This document shows, one piece after another, positions 41,508 through 55,699 of a stretch of 64,000 nucleotides of DNA. The stretch's first letter is position 1. Every line of letters starts with the position of its first letter. The stretch spans positions 186,001 through 250,000 of the forward strand of contig JBODTK010000102.1 of assembly GCA_050613775.1 (NCBI GenBank), given 5' to 3'. The notes under the pieces are model-generated. The model was given only the letters and a program-made list of their open reading frames with translations, was not told the DNA's origin and made no database searches. A program made the translations under genes and the position numbers. The DNA comes from Neocallimastix sp. 'constans' (lineage: Eukaryota).

Positions 41508-44500
41508 ATGATAAATAAAAATAAAATTAGGTAAGTGTGCATATTAGATAATAAAAAAAAAGAAAAAGTTTATTATATAGTAATAGTGGAACAATAGTTA
41601 ATACAATAGTTAATGTAAAAATAAAAGTAGAAAAGTCAATCAATATATAAATGTTCATAGTTTAAAATTGAAGTCAAATTTAATAAGACTTTTAGTATGA
41701 TTCATTAAATATTTAAAATTTCTTATGATAATAAAATAGTAATATGAAATTAAAAAAAAGATAATTCATTTACTAATATTTTATTAAATTTCTTAATATT
41801 TTTTAAATAAATTTATTATTTTATTATTTTTATTTTATTATACAATATAAATGTTGCTTCTTTATTTTAATGATCGAAATTTATATATTTCATTGTTTTC
41901 ATCTATAAAAGTAAATTACTACAGCCATTACTAATAATTACTTTTATTACAGTTGTAAAAGCTTATTATGATTTAACGGGTATTTTATTTAAATAAAATA
42001 ATTATAGATTATAAATAAGATTTTCATATAGAATTTTATTATAAATATAAATTAATTATTTAAAATAAAATATTACGAAATGTCAATTTTAAAATTTATA
42101 ATACTGTTTAATTTAAAACAGGTTTACCAACTTGTGATAGTGCATCAACTAGTGGATCGAAAAAATGTGATGACTCACTACCCGATGAAAAAACATATTG
42201 TAAGAAGGGAAATGAAATTTACATTTCCAATAAGGACTCTTGTAAAATATTTACATTAACTAGCGGATATTATTATACATTTGAATGTGATTATGATTCA
42301 TGTGATTTAGATGACGATACCATTGGTGAAATTATTTATTACTATGATGGAACTAATTTGGAACAATTAACTCAAGATTATACCTCAGATTTTTCAGGTA
42401 AAAAATAATATTTATTAAGTTAATAAATTTTCATTTTTGGTACAAAATAAAAATACAAATACATTTTTAATTATTTAAATATTAATATATTTATAGATAG
42501 TGGAGCAAATTTAATAAAAATAGAAAATACTGATACCATTAGTGTAAATGGTGATACTAGTTCAGTTACTAAGGCTGGAGAACTTTCCAACTATGCTATT
42601 TATAAATGTAACAAAGGTATCTGTTCTAAAAGTTCAGGTTATACTTTCGTAACTAAAGGTGATGGTACTACTAAAGTATATGAATATGCTTATAAAAGTA
42701 ACAGTTGGGATTGGTCAGAATATGAAATTCCCAATACCGTTACTTGTGATGGTAACAATAGAGGAAAATTTAAAATTGAAAACAATGCTTTGATGTTATG
42801 TATTATTGGAAATGAATTTACTTCTGTTGAGCAAGCAAAATATTTTATTTTATCTTCAAATAAAAATCAAGTCATTTCAGTAGCTTATGGTGAATATTCA
42901 ACCGCAAATGTTCTTACCGTAGAAGATGCAGGTAGGCTTTCTTTTTATTAATAATATTTTTTTTTTCCTTACCTTCTATTCAATTTATACTTTGATGATT
43001 TTATATATTGTACTTTTTTAATTTTATTTCGTTTCATTATTTTGTGCATAAATTAATATGCACTAATGATATGCATGATTGATATTCAGTATTGAATATA
43101 ATTCAAAAAGAATTATTTTTTCTTTTTTAATTATATGCTTTATTTATAAAATTTCTTTTTATTATTTATTTTTAATTTTTTATTTCTATAATTCTTTTTT
43201 CCATTCTTTTCTAATATTTTTTAAAAATTAATTTTTTTTATGAATAGTTGCTGGCAATTATTTGGTGAATAGTATAAATGAAATTATTGATTTTGCTGAT
43301 TTAGATTACTACAAAGAAGCTACTGATTTGATTGTTTGTTCAGGAAACAGTTGTACAAAAACTCCAGAAAATGAAGTTTCCTATGGATACTATGCAAAAG
43401 CCTTAAATCCCAATGAACTTTATTTCTGTGATGGAATGACCTGTGATATGAAAGATGAAGGCGAATATTATGATGATAATTTAAATTATTATGTGGATAC
43501 CGATGGTAATTTACATTTATGTACTGATGAAAGTTGTCCATTGGTTGAAAATCCAGATGGCTATTACATTGATACCGGTACCGTTGGTAATATCATTTCA
43601 TGTGATAAAAATGCAGCTTCCAGTAAATGTAAATCCTTCACTGGTATATCAGGAAAAGGATACGCCTACATAGATGCCTCAGAGACAGGAACGTCTTTTA
43701 ATAAAAAGTTTATAACATGTAAAGGTGATGGAACTGCTTGTACTGTTTTGGATAAATCTGCAAATTTGGTAAAAGCTGATGATAAAGTCTATTTGCTTGA
43801 TCCAGCTAATCCAAAACAATATATTGAATGCGTTGGTAAAGGTTCTGCTCAAAATCAAGCAGCAGCTGAATGTACCATAAAAAAGACCAGTGATCTCCAA
43901 ACTAATGTAGCTTTCTTTGCTGATGGTACTGATGCAACCTATACAATTACTTGTGTTAAGAATGGTGGATGTTTCTCTTCTAAAGGTAATATATTGTTTA
44001 AAAAAAAATGAATTTTTAATAATTAAACGATATTTAGAAAAGAAATAAAACAAGAAACAAAAAAAAAATATATATATATATATAAATAAAAATACATAAA
44101 GATAATTAATAAAAACTATATTAGAATAATGAAATGATGAATAAAACAAATTTTGAAAATAAAAAAAAAATATTTATAAAAGTTTTATTTTGGAAAAACT
44201 ATTAATATTATTTTATTTTTAAAAAATTAAACCCTCAAAAAAAAAATATATACTTTTTTAAAAATATGTAAAAAAAAGGTTTACAACAGTGTAAAAGTAT
44301 TTCTTCAGATACAAAATGTAAGAAATCAGATGGTAATGCAATAAATGCAAATAATTATTGTATTCATACTGATGGTAAAATTTATTATACGACAAGTGAT
44401 TCAAAATGTGCGGCCATTACAGATCCTGATATTTACTTCTTCAAATCTGATTACACTAAAGTTGATAGCACTGAAACAACTGTATTTATCTATAAATGTG

Positions 44501-47500
44501 ATGATAATGGTTGTTCTCAGTATGTCGACACAAGTTACTTGGACCCCGATTCCACATATTTATATGATTGTGTAGATGGTACATGTGCCAAAAAAACTGA
44601 CGATGTCACAAAAGATAAATATTACTTTACTAATCTTCCAACACTTTCTACTACCAGACCTTATTGGGTTTATAAATCTGTATTACTTTGTTCAGGAACA
44701 GATGTTGGAAGCTGCAGCGATGTTAGCAATTCAACTAAAGTTGGATATTATATTACGGAAAGCGCAAAATATATGTTCGTGAAAAGGGAATCTGATGGAA
44801 CATATACTTTCGGAAAATTAGATGCCAAACCTACGGATAAATGTAGTGCCTCGAATGTAGGTAAGCTAGGTCTTAAGAGCGATGGTACTGTTGCAATTTG
44901 TTTAGAGAAAACATTAGATAAAGCACAAGCCTTTGCAGATAATGGTGCTGATGAAAAATTACTAGAGTATGGTGTAAACAATGTATTTGGAATGAAAAGT
45001 GAACAAAAAATCCTTGTTGATATCAAAGAGAATTCTATAAATCTAAAAGGTGATTCATTAATACTTGAGATTGAATAATTTTTAATTGAAAATATCTATA
45101 TTTAAAATTAAAAATCTTGAATACTTTGTGTTTTTAGTGACTTTTTTAATTTTATTATAGTTTTTTATATTTTAATTTTTTTTTTTAATTTTTAATTAAA
45201 TTATCATTTTATATTTATTATTAATATATAGAAATATTTAAAAGTTGTATTAAAAATATATTTTTAATTTAATTTGAATTATAAAAATATTTATTTATTG
45301 ATTTATTTATTGAAATAATTATTTAATAATTTTTCTACATTTATTTATTTAAAAAAATAAAATAATGAAATAGTGGATTTACCTCTTTGTACAATTAATA
45401 ATGGTGTATGTACACTACTAATAAATAATAATTCAAAATTAAAACAGAATAAATATTGTATATCTAGTACGAAAACCATATATAAGGGTATAGCAGATGA
45501 AAAATGTGAAATAGCATTTAAAGTTTCTCAGAAGGATGAAGGCTTAAAGATCTTTAATGTCTCAAATGTTCTTGAAACTGCTTTAATATCTGATATCTCT
45601 GCAACACTCACCAATCCCTACTTAGCTATCTATCACTGTGCCTACGGTGAATGTATACGAACCTCTGGTTACATTCAAAATAATGGAAAGGTATACAAAT
45701 CTGCTGAAGATGACACAATAGATATCACCAGTCAGGTAGCTAATACGAAGTGTGAAGATCCTAACGACCAAGGAAACATTAAATTTACCGTGAATGGTTC
45801 CGTAAAAACTTTAGAGGTGTGTGTCTTGGATCGTATTGATATTAGTGGTAAAAAAGGTGATGCGCACGCCACCACCGAGACAAAATCCAAATGGGTTAAC
45901 GTTGTTGATGGAAAGAACTACGTCCTGAGACCGTATACTTTTGATGATCCTCTTCCTACAAATGTGGACTTTGCCAATGCCGCCTACACAAATATTGCTC
46001 TTCTTAGAACTGACGCTAATGTTGTCACTTTAGCCAAACACAGTAAGAATTTTTTTTATTAATGAATATAAAAAAAATTATTAGAATATTGTTTTGATGA
46101 AACAAATAGAAAAATAAAAATGAAACAGAAAAAAAATAAATATTAAACTATTATTAAAACATTTACTATTTTAATTAGTAATAACGGAATATAATTGAAA
46201 AAAAATTTTACTTTTAATTTTGATTTTAATATTTTATAATAGAATAGAGGAAGGAAAAATTTTTTACATAAAAATGATAGAATAATTCTAGTAGTGATGA
46301 AAACTTTTAGATTAATTTTTTTTTTTAACATTTTAAAAATAAAAATTTTAATGATATTAGTGATAAAGTTTTAAAAAAGAAAAATTATAAATTATAATGG
46401 ATCCTTTTTTATTTTTTTTTTTTTGTTATGAAATTTTAAATAAATAAATATGAATCCTATATACTAATATTTTTTTATATATTTATAATTTTAAAAAGGT
46501 CCACAACTTCCTCTTTGTGATGACAATTGTAAAGTGTGTGAAGATACGAATTGTGACACGAAAACCACTTCCATTCAAACTAATGAATTCTGTCTTAAAT
46601 ATGACGGTACTACTATCCTAAAGAAGGATAGTAGCAATTGTAAGATAATGTTTGGAAAGGATGCCACTGGTGCTGCGGCCACTGGTATAAAAATATTCCA
46701 GAGAACGAGTACTTTTAATAAATTTGTGGATGTTACCTCCACCTTGGATAGCGTATCTCCAAATTCAGAGGAACTGACCCCATTCTTTGTTATCTACGAT
46801 TGTTCGGACGAGAAATGTCTTCAAAGTAGTGGTTTCATCAAGTATGGTAGTAATAATGAGTTTGTCAATTGTTATATGGGTAATAATATAAATGCCGAAG
46901 ATGATTCCCTCGAACCTCTATCAAACCCTATCGGATGTATTCGTCTCAATGAAGATAAAAGTCATGATGATCTATGCTCAGGTTCAACAAGCAGTACTCC
47001 GGAGCAAGTAAAAAATGCAATCAATCTTGCTGCCACCGGATCCTATAAATTTGATGGAGAAACCTTCAGAATGTGTATTAATGTGGTGGATGAAGATGAA
47101 AATACCTATGAATATCTCTTTGATAACACTAAACTAATTAGTATTCCATTCGGAGAGGAGGGACAAGTCTTTTTCAAAAATGGAGAAACGCCATTCCCAA
47201 ATACCTTGAAGGATGGTAATGTTTTAATTAGATTCAATAAAAATTATGCCGTCTTGGCCAGAAGTAAGTCCATTTTTTTTTTAATTTATTTATTTATAAT
47301 TTATCAATAAATAAAATTTTTATCTCTGATAATATTATATTATTAAATATTTTTTTTTTTATTGCATAAAAAAATTTTTTTATCCAACTCTGATAATAAA
47401 TTGTATATGTAATATATATTTATATTTATATTTATTCTTTTGTAATTTTTTTTATATAAATTTTAATAGATATTAAACCAGGTTATTACTATAATTTTGC

Positions 47501-50500
47501 CACAGTTTATGATGGTGAAGGAAAGGGAAAAGCACCTGGATATGATGCCTTAGTTTACTGTGATGAGAAAGAATCTGACTATTACTATGGCTACGGGGAT
47601 GAGGAAACTGGTGAAAGTGCTCTATCAGAATGTTATATCGAGGATGAATTTGAAATTGGATATGAATATTATGATACGGATACTACTCATTTCCTTGATA
47701 CCTTCAGTAAGAGAGTGATTACCTGTAAAGGCGATGGTTGTCATTTACAACGTAAGACCATCAAGGGATACTTTTTAAATGATAATGAATTTGAAGATGA
47801 TATAAAGCCAGTCATTCAATGTAATGGAACGCTTTGTGAAGAAATAGAGGATAAACAGAATGGAAAATTAAAGGAAAAACTCACCGGAATCGCTTACATT
47901 GATTCATTGTCTGATGGCTATGGTTATGGAGACAACACTGTATATATTTGTTATGATGGAACATGTGGTACTGATGATACGGATAGAATAGAAATTCAGA
48001 AAATATCCGATGGAACGGTGATCTACAAATCATTTAAAGAAGTCCCAGTAAATAAATTCCCTGGTGTTGCTGCCGGTGGAAAGATTACCTTAAAGATTTC
48101 AGATGGTGCGGCCGTTCTCATGGAAAATGACAGCCTGACCGCCTGTTCCGAAACCATTTCTACCAGTAGCCCTTGTTTCAATGGGGCAAGGGAGGGACAA
48201 TTTTGTTGGCATACCACCTCTAAAAAGATATATGAAACCAGTAACGGTGGATGTACTGTTAAAACCGTAGATGAAGATGGACAACTACTCTTCTTTGATA
48301 CGAAGGGTAAGGCTCTCAGTGAACTGACCGAAACCCGAACCGATGTATTGGCCTACCATTGTACCCCTACCGAATGTGGACTGTTTAAGGGTTATGCGAT
48401 CATGGGTGGAAAAACGATTCATTGTAATGGTTGGAAGGATGAAGGATGTGAAATTGTCGATACGAGCGGAGCAAATTGTGCAGATAAAGATACTGGTAAT
48501 TATGTCAGTGTCAGCACAGGTAGTAAATTATGTTTTACGGATGGAACTGGTTCAAGAACTGTTCCACTTCCAACGGATGATAACGTCAAAACAATTGGTT
48601 TCAATGCTAAGGAAGCCAATAAGTATTATGGAGCTGCCATAGAAGATATTGTCTTCCTCTCCATTTCAAAAGATCTCATTAAGGTGATTGCATCGCCAAA
48701 ACCCACTACTGATAGTTATTACTTTAATCAATTTGCAGAAAAAGACGAAAAAAATGTCTTGATAAAATGTAATTCCAGTGGATGTAGCAAAGTGAACTTC
48801 CATAGTGGTACGGGTCTAAATAATAATGCCATTATCGATTCTGGTGATCCTATGAAGAAAAGTATTATCTATCAAAGTAATAGTCGTTATGAATACAATG
48901 ACAGGACGAGTGACCTTAAGTCATCTAAATTAAATTTTGTAAACCAATTAGATCAATCCAAAGTCATTATCTGTACAGATGCGGATGGATGTAACTTAGA
49001 AACAGGAAGTGCTATTGCTGGTCATGCCTATATTGATAATAAGTCTTCTGGTAATATAAACAAAAATATTATCACTTGTGTTGGTCAAACCTGTACTGTA
49101 AACGATAAATCAACCAATGTACAAAATGAAAATACCATATATTATATTGATGGCAAAGAAACGAATAAAGTCATTAAGGTTAGTAATAGCGGCGGCTGTG
49201 AATCCAAGGAAGGAAGCACGGCCAATGCTCATGCCTATGTCAACGCTGATGGAAAATCCATTATCACCTGTAACAGTACCGGTTGTACTGTCACAACCTT
49301 TACCACGACTGATTTATCCAGTGAAAAGAAGTTCATTTATGCTGATGATATTGAATATCTTATTACCTGTTCTGCCTCTGCTCAAGCCGTCAGTTGTGTC
49401 AAGGATACCTCTAAAGGAACTGGATCTCAGGTAGATGGAAGTGACAGTAATCGAACCATTAATTGTGTCTCCGGTAAAGGATGTATTTCTTCTGCAGGTA
49501 AATATATGTTTAATTAAAATTAAAATTATTAGCTATAGTTACTAGTATTAATTAGGAATTGCAATTTCTAATTAAATTTATTATTAAACTTTTTTTTTTT
49601 TTTTTAAATTTACTATGACTTATTCATTTAAATATAATATTTTTTAAAACAATTTTATGTCATTGTGTAAAAATAGCAATTTCTTCGGGTTGTGAATCTG
49701 GAATTGCAAATGGAGAAAGCTTATGTAAAGACAACAACGGTAATAATATTGATAGTGGCTACTACTGTTATTCAAGTAATAATATTATTTATGAATCAAC
49801 CGAGAATGGCAAGTGTGAAGCCAAAACTGAGGATGTTTTAATTGAAAAAATTGGAAATAAATATAAGGCAGCCGAATGGGGTATCAGTTCAACCGGTATC
49901 ATCTACGTCTATAATAGAGATAGTTTATCTTTTGAACAGGTCATCTCTTCCTTCCACTTGTATGAGAAAGACGAAGAGAAATATCTCTATAAATGTGATG
50001 ACGCGGGTAACTGTATGATTGTCAATAAGATTTCCGTAGGTTACTATTTGAGTGGCATACCAGAAGTTGGAACTACCTTAAAGTATAGACAATTAATTCA
50101 ATGTACCGATACCATTGCCATTTCCTGTTCTAGGATCAATAACTTCACAAGTGGATATTATGTTGATGCTGGTAACCTTAACAATGTGATTAAATGTGAC
50201 AGTATTAACAATGTCATTATTTGTTTGACAATGGAATCTAATAAAAATCAGGGTGTTGCCTACATTGATAATGGAAATGCTAAATCATATATTACATGTA
50301 ATGAGGAGAAGTGTGAATCCATTACAACTGGAAGCGAAGAATTATACTTTATTGACGGTAGCAATGACAAAGTACTTATAAAATGTAATAGCACTAAATG
50401 TGAAAGTCAACCCCTAGGAGAGAATAAGAAACTCGATGGTACCGACAAAAATTATACCATTACTTGTGATGGTTCAGCTACTTGTGTTTCAGAGAAAGAA

Positions 50501-51337
50501 TGTAGAGTAAATACTGGTGCAAACTGTGAAGACAGCAAGTACTACAATGTCAAAGCTACCGATTATATTATAGAAACAGGAAAAAATGCAAGCGACAAAG
50601 GAACCATTTACTATTGTAAAGAAGATTCCGAGAAGGAGAGTGGCTTCAGTTGTTCTAAGGTCGATTCTCCTGGATACTATATCAACTCTAAAGATGAAAT
50701 TTACCAATGTGTAACTGGAAGTGGAAAACTTGATTGTACAGTATACACTCTTGGTAATTGTGGAAATTCAGATGATATTGGTAAACTCTTTGTCGATGGT
50801 AATGGTAAACTTAATTTATGTGTTAATTACACTGACAAAGCTTATCCAGTTTTGATAGATTCCAACACGTCAGGCAATTATTTAATACAATATAAAGAGG
50901 GTAATATATTTGGAATTCCTAGTGAAGCAAATGCCATTGTTAAAGTTGATAAAAATTCAGCAGCTATTAACAAAAATTGTAAGTTCTGTATAATTTTTTT
51001 TTTTTTTAAGTTATAAATACAAGAGATATTAAAAAAAAAAAAAAAAGAAACAAACTAAAAGTGGCAAAAAAAAAATTAGATTGGCAAAAATTAGTATCAT
51101 AAATTTTAAAAAGAAATGTTTATTCCTTCATTAATGAATATTTTTTTTTTGAATGTGTAATTTTATTATTATTTATTTATAGACAAATTCACAAAGAATA
51201 ACTACGTATATGTCAATAAGGAAACTTTTGCTGTATTGAATAGTAATCAATGTCCTTCTCATCAAAATATGTTAATAACTGATGTTGTAGAGGAGTATCA
51301 AAAATGTGATAATAATTATATCAAGAAATCTTGTTAA
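41508..51337 (+). CDS. Second scaffoldin-like Cys-rich secreted protein (~2,409 aa, 11 exons, no C-terminal anchor)
   Basis: Hand-spliced exons: 41508-41530, 41912-41979, 42122-42397, 42497-42931, 43248-43985, 44279-45049, 45374-46042, 46499-47263, 47470-49497, 49677-50978, 51183-51337 (7,230 nt, in frame). Leader MINKNKISKLLQPLLIITFITVVKA. Same GYYID...I.C....C and LP.C repeats as ScaA. Exon 1-2 boundaries are the least certain (AAG acceptor). Confidence 0.85.
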
Positions 51338-52384
51338 ACATGTAATTAAATATAAAATATTTTTCTTATTTATAATTAATTATTCATTATTTAATAAAAA
51401 TATATTTATATATAGAATTTATTTTTTTTTATTATAATACTTAAATCAATTTTTTTCTTAATATTTAAATAAATATAAATTAAAGTATTAACTATACATT
51501 TTATTTTTTATTTTTATTTTGCTATTTTTATTTAGAATGAAGAAATTTAAATTTGTTATTCTACAAGTGTATCATTAAAACACTATTATTTAATTTATTT
51601 TAATTTTATGGAAAATACAAAAAGGAAAAATAATTTATTTTAAATATATTAACAAATAATAAAAAAATAATATTTTAAAAAAAAAATAGCATAATAATTT
51701 TTTATTAAAATAATAAAAAAAAAATGTATATAAATAATTAAATTATATTTATTTTGTATTTATGATAAAACTTTATACAAGTAGTTTTAAATTTTAAAGA
51801 AAAAAAAAACTAAAAATTTTATTATATTATTTCTATTTTATTTTTAAATAATAAAATTTTGTTTTATTTAAATAAGCCTTTGTAAGAAATTTTTCAATTA
51901 ATAAAAAAAAAAATACTTTAATAATAAAATTTATAATATTTAATTAAAATAAATTATTATAAAAGAAAGAATATCACTTTATTGAAATGAACATAAAATA
52001 TTTTTTATTAAATAAATGCAATAAAAGAAAACTACCTTTATTTTATTCTTATTAATTATAATTCAAATTATAAATCATATTAAAAAAAAAAGATTTATTT
52101 CATTTATATGAAAGACATTTTAAAAATAATTAATAAAATATAGCAAAAAAATTCTTAAAAATATGAAATAATCAAATGTGTTTGTTAATTTTGAAAAATA
52201 AATATTATTTCTTTAAAATTATTTAGTATTAATATTTGTTATTAAATATATAATCTTTATTTATTTTCCCCTAATAATTAACATAATATAATTTAAAAAA
52301 TTATTATTATTTATTATTTATTCAATAATTATTGATCTTTATTTTTTTAGATATTAATAAAAAAAAAAAAAAAAAAAAAAAAGA

Positions 52385-52885
52385 GCGTCGACGTCGAAAT
52401 GATAAGGTATGGATTTTATGGTTTCTATTGGCTATTGAGAGCACGAATCGGATATAGATTAAATGCTAGAATTGCAAAAATTGTAAAAATAATAGATCAA
52501 GTGTGTCCTAATTTTTGTCCCCGTTGTAAAAGTAATAAACTTTGAATAAGCATTGGTTAATTGATTGTCCCTTTTTCAATCATATTCGTAGTAAAGTTAA
52601 TTATAAAACTTTATTCTTATATAACGCTTAGACCATGGCGACCTAACAAATAATATCGTTAATAATAATAATAGTAATAATAGTAATAGTAATAATAGTT
52701 ATAGTAATAATAATTATAGTAATATTAGTTGTAATAATATTAGTAATAGTATTATTAGTAATGTTAGTAATAGTATTGAAAATAATATGTATGTTAATTA
52801 TAGTGTGTGTGAAAAAGTGTTTAATTTCCTTCTTGGGGAAGAAGTATTAATAACAGTACGAGAGAATGGAAGGATCTATTTAAGT
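52385..52885 (+). mobile_element. LINE 3' ORF2 fragment (zinc-finger region)
   Basis: YWLLRARIGY...IAK...CPNFCPRC...HWLIDCPFF (frameshifted) parallels the zinc region of the LINE at ~37755. Confidence 0.7.
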
Positions 52886-53599
52886 AAATTTTATTTTTCT
52901 AAAAAAAAAAATTTACAATTATTAGCTGTAATTATTAGTATAATTTAGAAAAAGGGATTTCTAATTAAATTTATTATTGAAATTATTAATAAACTTGAAT
53001 ATTTAACTATTAAAAATTTATTATATAAATTTAATATCGTAATAATAAATATTAATTCTTAACTATTTTATATTTCTACTCTTTATAATTTATAATTAAT
53101 ATTTTTTATTTTTATTATTATTAATTTTTTTATTAAAATCGAATATATATAATAATTAAAACTCTACAATTAAAATATTGTATTTTTATTATTAAAAATA
53201 TTATAAAATCTAATGCTTTTAATATTGAAAACATTTAATTTATATTTAACTTTTAATAAAAATTTATTATTTAATTTTTAAGTATTAAATATTAAATATA
53301 TAAATTTTTATATTTTTATTATTTTTTATTTTCATTATTAAATATAAATTTTTTATTAATATTAATAATTAAATAATAAATAGTAGATTATAAATATTTA
53401 TTATTAAACATGGATATTTTAAAATTATAATTAAAAATTCATGATTAAAATTTTTTTATATTTTTAATTTTAAAAATTGATTATGTTATGTAAAAGTACC
53501 AAACAGTTCGCAGTAATGTGGTTTGGTAAAGATACAATTCGGTAGTGTAAATCGTTGGGCAAGAATAAATTTAAATGTTAAGTATGTCTTTGGCGAGAG

Positions 53600-54880
53600 T
53601 TTTTCTAAATAATTTTCCGAAGGGTTGCTTTTTTCCTAAAGCCTGAAAATTAATTTTCTTTGGTCGTATTTCTGGTAGAATAATTTCGAAGGGTTGTTGT
53701 CTTATCTCTGGCTGAGGTTTTTCCTTCTATGGCTAGATTTTTCCTAATGAATTTCCGTAGGGTTGCTATATTATTAAAGCCTGAGAATTAATTTCTATGG
53801 CTAAATTTTTGCCCATTCAGTTTCCGGAGGGTTTTACTATAAAATTTACCTGAGCTTTTTTTTTATGGTCAAATTCCTGGTAATATCAGTTCCGGAGGGT
53901 TACTATGTTATTTCTAGCAGAAGATGTCTTTCCATGGCTAGATTTTTCCTAATGATATTCCGTAGGGTTGATATAATTTTAAAGCCTGAGAATTATTTTT
54001 CGTTGGTCAAATTTCTGGTAGTGTTATTCCGAAGGGTTTTAGTTTTATCTCTGGCTGAGATTTTTCCATCTATGGCAAGATTTTTCTTAAAAATATTCCG
54101 TAGGGTTGCTATAGTACTAAAGCCTGAAAATTAATTTCTATGGCTAATCTTTTTTCCCATACAGATTCCGGAGGATTTTGCTATAAAATTTACCAGAGCT
54201 TTTTTTACTTTGGTCAAATTCCTGTTGGTATTAGTTCCGGAGGGTTGCTAAGTGGACTCTGGCAGAAGATGTCTTTCCATGGCTAGATTTTTCCTAATGA
54301 AAATCCGTAGGGTTGCTCTTTTACTAAAGCCTCTAAAGCCTGGGATTTATTTTTCTTGGTTAAATTTCTGGTAGTATAATTCCGAAGGGTTGTAGTCTTA
54401 ACTCTAGCTGAGGTTTTTCTTTCCATAGCTAGATTTTTCCTAATGATATTCCGTAGGGTTGCATTATTACTAAAGTCTGATAATTAATTTCTGTGGTTAA
54501 ATTTTTTCAAATAAAATTATAAATTCCCTGGCTGAAGATTTCATTTCATGGCTAGAATTTTTATTATTGATATTCCGTAAGGTTGCTATAGTACTAAAGC
54601 CTGAGAATTAAATTCTGTGGTTAAACTTTTACCCATACAATTTACGAAGGATTTTTCTATAAAATTTACCTGAACTTTTTTTAATATGGTCAATTTCTGG
54701 TGGTATCGTTCTGAAGGGTTGTAATCCTATCTCTGGCTGAGGTTTTTCTTTCCATGGCTAGATTTTTCCTTATAATTATCCGTAGGGTTGGTGTATTTTT
54801 TAAGCCTGAAAATTAATTTCTATGGCTAAATTTTTGCCCATTCAGTTTCCGGAGGGTTTTGATATAAAATTTACCAAACC
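53600..54880. repeat. ~69-bp minisatellite with ~345-bp five-monomer higher-order repeat
   Basis: Core TTCCGNAGGGTT recurs about every 68-69 bp (~18 times). Monomers five apart are most alike. Confidence 0.9.
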
Positions 54881-55699
54881 TTTTTTTTAAATATCAATTA
54901 ATATTTTTATGTTCAAAATTCTAACAATTAAACTTAAAAATTTCTACATTTTTATATTAATAATTTATTAATGCGAAAAAAAGCTCTTTGAAACTTTAAT
55001 GATTACTAATATTTAATTTATTTTTTAAATTTTAAATCTATAAAACATGTAATATTAATATAACATATTTTTATAATAGTTTTAGTTTAATATCTTTTTT
55101 TCCAAAATTATATTAATTCAATAAAAAAATTCTTATATATAATATTTTTTAATCAATTTTCTAAAGTTTTTTTAAAAAAAGAAAAAAAAATTACAAAAAC
55201 ATTTTTTAAATAACTTTATTTATTCTAATTATTAATACTCAAAATATAAAGATCATTTATAGATATATCATTAATTCTCTATATAAAAAAGCAAATTATA
55301 TGATTTATTAAAATTAATTTAAAAAAATTTTTTATGAAAAGTAGGAATCTCTTTTTTATTATGTTAGAACAAAGAAGAGCATCAGTCTAAAATATTATAA
55401 ATTTTTATGGTATTTATATATATATATATTTGAGTTTATTTGATTTCCAAATCTTTTTATTAACATAACAAATTTTTTTTTTCATTTGTAGTGAATTATT
55501 TTTACCGAATATGTATTATTTTATATTATTGATTATGGGTTGTTATTATTAAAATTAATATTATGAGTGTTATTATTGTTGTGATTGTTATTAATGTTAA
55601 TGTATTCGTGCTTATAAATGTTATTATTTTCAGAATGTATAGTGTTATTATTAACATTTAGTTTAATGGTAGAACATTAGGGTTCATTGAAAAGTTTTT

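Noticed and set aside
53600..54880. CRISPR-like array
   Set aside because: Intervening sequences are homologous to each other rather than unique spacers, there are no cas genes, and the context is eukaryotic.
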